Positions 16,722 through 20,551 of a DNA stretch of 20,551 nt are shown here, in pieces; the stretch's first letter is position 1, and each line of letters opens with the position of its first letter. The stretch covers positions 1 through 20,551 of the forward strand of contig JBDREQ010000028.1 of assembly GCA_043819555.1 (NCBI GenBank), read 5' to 3'. Under the pieces are notes generated by a model. It did no database searches. It saw nothing but the letters and a program-made list of their open reading frames with translations, and was not told where the DNA came from. The translations under genes and the position numbers were made by a program. The DNA is from Candidatus Zixiibacteriota bacterium. Lineage in GTDB: Bacteria > Zixibacteria > MSB-5A5 > GN15 > JAAZOE01.

Positions 16722-17702
16722 ATGACGAGTGCCAATTTAAAAGAGATGATTCAACCCGTTGTCCGGGACCTGAAAGCCTTCGACCATAGGCTAAATAAAT
16801 TTCTTTCAGCCGATTCAAAATTGATATCCAGTATTATAAAACATATCATGTCGGCCCGGGGTAAACGGCTTCGTCCGGTCATCCTATTCTTATCCACCCG
16901 CGGAGGAGGGTATACTTCCCCCAAAATGGTTGATGCCGCCCTGGCAATTGAATTGATTCATACCGCGACTTTGCTGCATGATGATGTCGTCGATGAATCT
17001 GATATTCGCCGAGGACAGGATTCGGTGAATCATCGCTGGACGAATCTAATTTCGGTTTTGATGGGTGATTTTCTTTTTTCAAGAGCTTTTGGGATACTGG
17101 TTGGGACAGAATCGCAGGACTTGATTCGATCTATCAGCTATGCCACAGAACGGGTTAGCTATGGAGAGCTTCGGCAGGTTGAAGAGGTTGCCAATTATAA
17201 ATTGAGCGAAAAGGATTATTTGAAAATCATTTCGGATAAAACCGCATCTTTGTTCGCGACCGCTTGTGAAGCCGGCCCAATTTTGAAAAAAGCTGAACGC
17301 AGAGACAGGAAACGGTTTTATGGTTTTGGTGAAAATATAGGAATTGCATTTCAAATCGCCGACGATCTACTCGATTATGTCGGTGATGCCCGGAAAATCG
17401 GCAAATCGATCGGAAGTGACTTGATTCAGGGCAAGGTAACTTTACCGTTAATTTACGCACTGTCAAAATCAATGCCCACTACTCGCAATGAAATCACTAA
17501 ATCACTCAGCAATGGTATTGATAAACAAGGCATAAATAAAATTCTCAAATTTGTAACTGAACAAGGCGGTATTGATTATGCCTATCGTGCGGCTCACAAA
17601 TATTCCCAACGTGCGGGTAATTCCTGTGACAAAATGAAAAATAATATTTACAGTAAAACTCTCAAACAAATTCTTGATTTTACCGTTGCCCGCGATAATT
17701 AA
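16722..17702 (+). CDS. ispB: Long-chain trans-polyprenyl diphosphate synthase (IspB/HepT type)
   Basis: GKRLRP, ELIHTATLLHDDVVD (Ala five residues before the first DDxxD, consistent with long-chain products), DKTASLF, FQIADDLLD, GKVTLP. Confidence 0.85.
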   Translation: MTSANLKEMIQPVVRDLKAFDHRLNKFLSADSKLISSIIKHIMSARGKRLRPVILFLSTRGGGYTSPKMVDAALAIELIHTATLLHDDVVDESDIRRGQDSVNHRWTNLISVLMGDFLFSRAFGILVGTESQDLIRSISYATERVSYGELRQVEEVANYKLSEKDYLKIISDKTASLFATACEAGPILKKAERRDRKRFYGFGENIGIAFQIADDLLDYVGDARKIGKSIGSDLIQGKVTLPLIYALSKSMPTTRNEITKSLSNGIDKQGINKILKFVTEQGGIDYAYRAAHKYSQRAGNSCDKMKNNIYSKTLKQILDFTVARDN

Positions 17703-17784
17703 TTGCCGTCACTCCTTTCAAGAATTATATTCACCTGATAACCATTTATAAACCATTGTCCAATTGGCGCGTATAAGAAATATT

Positions 17785-19959
17785 ATGACCGATTACAATA
17801 TAGATTTTCTGGGCACTTATCTTTGGATTAGTGTTTTATTGTGCGTGGCATTCTTATTTATAACTTTTCTGTATTATCGCAAAACAACTCCTCCGCTTTC
17901 TCTCTTATATAAATCCTTTTTGTTCGCACTTCGAGCAATTACTTTAATTGCCTTATTTCTCGTATTAACACAGCCGGTTCTAACAATAACTGAAAGATAT
18001 CAAAAGAAAAAGAAGGCCGCTGTCATTATCGATCGCTCTATTTCAATGAATCAACCGATTAATCTTAATTCGGAAACGACAAGGCGCGAACTAATCGATG
18101 AGGTTTTTGCTCGTGATAAGTTAGCTAATCTGTTCGATAGCCTAGACGTGCAATTTTATTCGTTTGCCGAATCTCTTGATGTTACTCGGAACGGAGTTAA
18201 TCTGAACGGCGGAAAAACTAATTTTGGAACAGCTCTCAATCAATTACGCAAGTCAACTACGCTTGACCGGCATGATTATATCTTTTTGTTTTCAGACGGC
18301 CGGGCGACAGAGGGTGAAAATCTGGCCGATTTGGCTCAGAATTTTGATCGTCCCATTTTTACTATTGCGGTCGGCGATTCAATCGCAAAAAACGACATCG
18401 CGCTCAATGAAGCACGATACAATGACGTAATCTATGCCGGTCGTCAGACCGAAATTAAGGCCATTATATCGCAGCAGGGGCAAGTATCCGGATCGCTTCA
18501 ATTGCGCCTTGTAGAAGGCAATCGAATGCTTGCTCAGGCATCAGTATCTCCTCCCGGACCGGGCAGAACTTCTGAAAATCTTTTGACTTTTACTCCTGCG
18601 GTTCCGGGGAAATTGCTTCTTGATCTTGAAATTTCAGGCGACTCTGGGGAGCAAAACCGACTCAATAATCACCGGAAATTCGCTGTGCGAGTTCTCAAAA
18701 GCAAAGTCAATGTCCTTTTATATAGTTCATCTCTGAATCAGGAATATGCCTTTCTCAATCGTTATCTGCGGAGCCGGGAAGATATCGAAGTTGTCTCAGT
18801 TATTGATGCCGCCGGAGGGGACAGACTGGGAGAAAGATTCCCGAATACGACGGAAAAACTCAATAGTTATGATGCCGTCATTCTGATTGATCCCAATCTG
18901 GGAAGACTGTCGCAACATTATGATAAATTCGTCTCTTATCTGACCGATCGGGGAGGCGGGTTGTTTGTTCTCATGGGTGAAGAATATGCCGGGAGCTGTC
19001 TGCGGAACCGTATTGAATCTCTGATGCCGCTGGCGGTATCATTGCCCCAAATAAATCATGGTCGGTATTCGATGATTCCCGATCCGCAGATGATTTTTCA
19101 TCCGGCCGTCAAGCTTGGAGATTCGCGAGACGAGATTGAAAACACCTGGGCCAATCAGCCGCCTTTCGCTTCGTTCGTTGTTGTCGATTCAGTGCGCTCT
19201 TCGGGCATCGCGCTGGCGTATGCCGAGGGCGAATACACAAGGGATCGCAGATGCGGTTTTGCCCTGAAGCGGATGGGTGCCGGGAAAATTCTTGCTTCGG
19301 CGGTTTCGCCGTTCTGGCGCTGGTCGTTTTATCCGTATGGAGTGGGCGGCGATGCCTCGGTTTATCAGGAGTTGTTTTCCTCCTCAATCAGATGGCTGAC
19401 AATCGGTGATGAAACCGACCGTATTAATTTTGAACCGGTTTCCGAGGTGTTCCAGAACGGGGAAGAGATTATTTTCTCCGGTGCGGCTCATGATGAAGGA
19501 TTTCGTCCGATCGAAAACGCGTCCGGCGAATTGATTATTGTTTCGGAATCCAATGACACAACACGGGCCAGTGTTATTCCGGATAATGCCAAAATTGGAG
19601 CATACCGTTCGGATGCCGGTATCCTGGCGCCGGGAGAATATTCTTATCAAGCGGATATGATGGCTGAAAACGTCAGGCTGGGCCGGTTTGATGGGCGGTT
19701 TGCCGTTGATGATATTGATCGCGAAACAGCATTTGCCGACGTTGACTGGACCAATCTTGAGCGGGCGGCGGTCAATTCCGGGGGAGCGTTCGCGCCGTAT
19801 TCGGATTTGCAGCCGATTATTGACGCCGTTGACGCCTATCCGACACGTGTCACGGAAACCGAAGATGTCCGCCTCTGGGATCATCTGATTTTACTTATCA
19901 TTATTATAGTGTCGTTATCGTTGGAATGGTTTATACGCAAGAGCAAGCAGTTGTTGTAA
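17785..19959 (+). CDS. Membrane-anchored VWA-domain protein with Ig-like and GATase-like domains and a C-terminal TM helix
   Basis: Two N-terminal TM helices, MIDAS motif IIDRSISM...TNFG...LFSDG, YDAVILID...RGGGLFVLMG, FWRW, and terminal LIIIIVSLSLEWFIRK. ATG at 17785 is preferred to TTG at 17764. Confidence 0.85.
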   Translation: MTDYNIDFLGTYLWISVLLCVAFLFITFLYYRKTTPPLSLLYKSFLFALRAITLIALFLVLTQPVLTITERYQKKKKAAVIIDRSISMNQPINLNSETTRRELIDEVFARDKLANLFDSLDVQFYSFAESLDVTRNGVNLNGGKTNFGTALNQLRKSTTLDRHDYIFLFSDGRATEGENLADLAQNFDRPIFTIAVGDSIAKNDIALNEARYNDVIYAGRQTEIKAIISQQGQVSGSLQLRLVEGNRMLAQASVSPPGPGRTSENLLTFTPAVPGKLLLDLEISGDSGEQNRLNNHRKFAVRVLKSKVNVLLYSSSLNQEYAFLNRYLRSREDIEVVSVIDAAGGDRLGERFPNTTEKLNSYDAVILIDPNLGRLSQHYDKFVSYLTDRGGGLFVLMGEEYAGSCLRNRIESLMPLAVSLPQINHGRYSMIPDPQMIFHPAVKLGDSRDEIENTWANQPPFASFVVVDSVRSSGIALAYAEGEYTRDRRCGFALKRMGAGKILASAVSPFWRWSFYPYGVGGDASVYQELFSSSIRWLTIGDETDRINFEPVSEVFQNGEEIIFSGAAHDEGFRPIENASGELIIVSESNDTTRASVIPDNAKIGAYRSDAGILAPGEYSYQADMMAENVRLGRFDGRFAVDDIDRETAFADVDWTNLERAAVNSGGAFAPYSDLQPIIDAVDAYPTRVTETEDVRLWDHLILLIIIIVSLSLEWFIRKSKQLL

Positions 19960-19994
19960 AGAAATTTCTGATATTGATTCAGTCAAAATCTCCA

Positions 19995-20070
19995 ACACAC
20001 CCTGCCCTTCGCAAATGAATTTTGCTTCGGACACCCCTCTCAAGTCAGGCAAAAGCCTGGTTGGGGAAAT
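19995..20070 (+). repeat. Double-hairpin REP-like element (copy B) with two extra ~18-nt hairpins in its loops
   Basis: ACACACCCTGCCCTTC[GCAAATGAATTTTGCTTC]GGACACCCCTCTCAA[GTCAGGCAAAAGCCTGGT]TGGGGAAAT compared with 4931-4970. Confidence 0.65.
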
Positions 20071-20079
20071 CATCATGGT

Positions 20080-20165
20080 GTCATTGCGAACAAGCGAAGC
20101 GAGTGTGGCAATCTATTTTTTTAATACCAGATCGCCACGTCGGCCTTCGGCCTCCTCGCGATGAC
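20080..20165. repeat. 86-bp branched palindromic element of the GTCATTGCGA...TCGCAATGAC type (RPE/REP-like)
   Basis: Terminal GTCATTGCGA/TCGCGATGAC, inner GTGGCAATCT (20105-20114)/AGATCGCCAC (20129-20138), side hairpins GC-GAA-GC and GGCC-TTC-GGCC. Confidence 0.8.
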
Positions 20166-20184
20166 TTGATTCAGTAAAACTCAA

Positions 20185-20305
20185 AAGTTATCCACATTTA
20201 AATTCATAAAAATCCTTGTAATACTTTGTTTTCCTATAGGTTACAGCAAAATGGCTTTGCTCTGTCATTTTTAGTTATTTGCTACAAGTTTGATGGTGTT
20301 TGTGG
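20185..20305 (+). repeat. 121-bp dispersed repeat, copy 2, containing a DnaA box (TTATCCACA at 20188-20196)
   Basis: Inverted, gapless homolog of 5001-5121. Confidence 0.85.
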
Positions 20306-20327
20306 CGGGCACACCCCAAAATAATAT

Positions 20328-20349
20328 GTCATTCCTGCGAAAGCAGGAA
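20328..20349. repeat. REP/dRS3-like hairpin GTCATTCCTGC-GAAA-GCAGGAA, truncated by the IS end
   Basis: TTCCTGC-GAAA-GCAGGAA at 20332-20349, directly abutting the IS30-like inverted repeat. Confidence 0.7.
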
Positions 20350-20550
20350 GGTGGATTCACATTTGAAGTGCAACAGTTTATCTCCAAATAACTCAGCTGG
20401 GGTTCGAAAGTCCAGACATTTCCTTGGAGTGTTATTATAAGCGCAAATAAGTTTGAAGAAGCGATCATCAGTAAGTGTAGCCAAATCAGTCTTTTTGGGC
20501 AGGTTTCGACGCATTCGTCCGATTGCATTTTCGACTCCTCCTTTTTGCCA
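20329..20550 (-). CDS. IS30-family transposase, 3' fragment (continues beyond the window)
   Basis: WQKGGVENAIGRMRRNLPKKTDL...YNNTPRKCLDFRTPAELF...LHFKCES matches the IS30 C-terminal pattern WQKGxxEN..LR..LPK.TD..N.RPRK.L...TP.E. Confidence 0.9.
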   Translation of the reverse strand, partial: WQKGGVENAIGRMRRNLPKKTDLATLTDDRFFKLICAYNNTPRKCLDFRTPAELFGDKLLHFKCESTFLLSQE

Positions 20551-20551
20551 C
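20350..20551 (-). mobile_element. IS30-family insertion sequence, right end; terminal inverted repeat at about 20350-20375
   Basis: GGTGGATTCACATTTGAAGTGCAACA resembles IS30-type 26-bp IRs (..GATTCA....GCAACA) and overlaps the transposase 3' end. Confidence 0.8.

Noticed and set aside
148..19888. The many 60-170-aa ORFs overlapping the long genes
   Set aside because: They are antisense or off-frame shadows of well-supported CDSs, with no recognisable motifs.
20271..20528. 85-aa minus-strand ORF
   Set aside because: It is an alternative frame over the IS30 end, the hairpin and the 121-bp repeat, with no recognisable protein features.

Overview
This is a bacterial chromosomal window, probably candidate phylum Zixibacteria or a related FCB-group lineage; that is inferred only from the CGDANGD..NVGDAVxxINHVFKGGPAP dockerin-type tail. 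The centre (5156-19959) is a mostly housekeeping block: a 2-TM HAMP protein, a polytopic membrane protein, an unannotated 37-aa membrane peptide coupled to a PutP-like Na+/solute symporter, a 1442-aa protein fusing two GT-C glycosyltransferase modules, valS, mazG, a polyprenyl synthase and a VWA/GATase-like membrane protein. On the left, a ~1458-aa secreted glycoside-hydrolase-like protein (TSP3 repeats, dockerin) is split in two by a single missing base. It is bracketed by a 24-bp copy of its own 3' end and preceded by a structured leader. On the right is a stack of palindromic REP-like elements and the 3' end of an IS30 transposase that sits in a REP-type hairpin. The least explained signal is a gapless 121-bp repeat (about 74% identity, each copy with a perfect DnaA box) in inverted orientation at both edges of the 15-kb core block.
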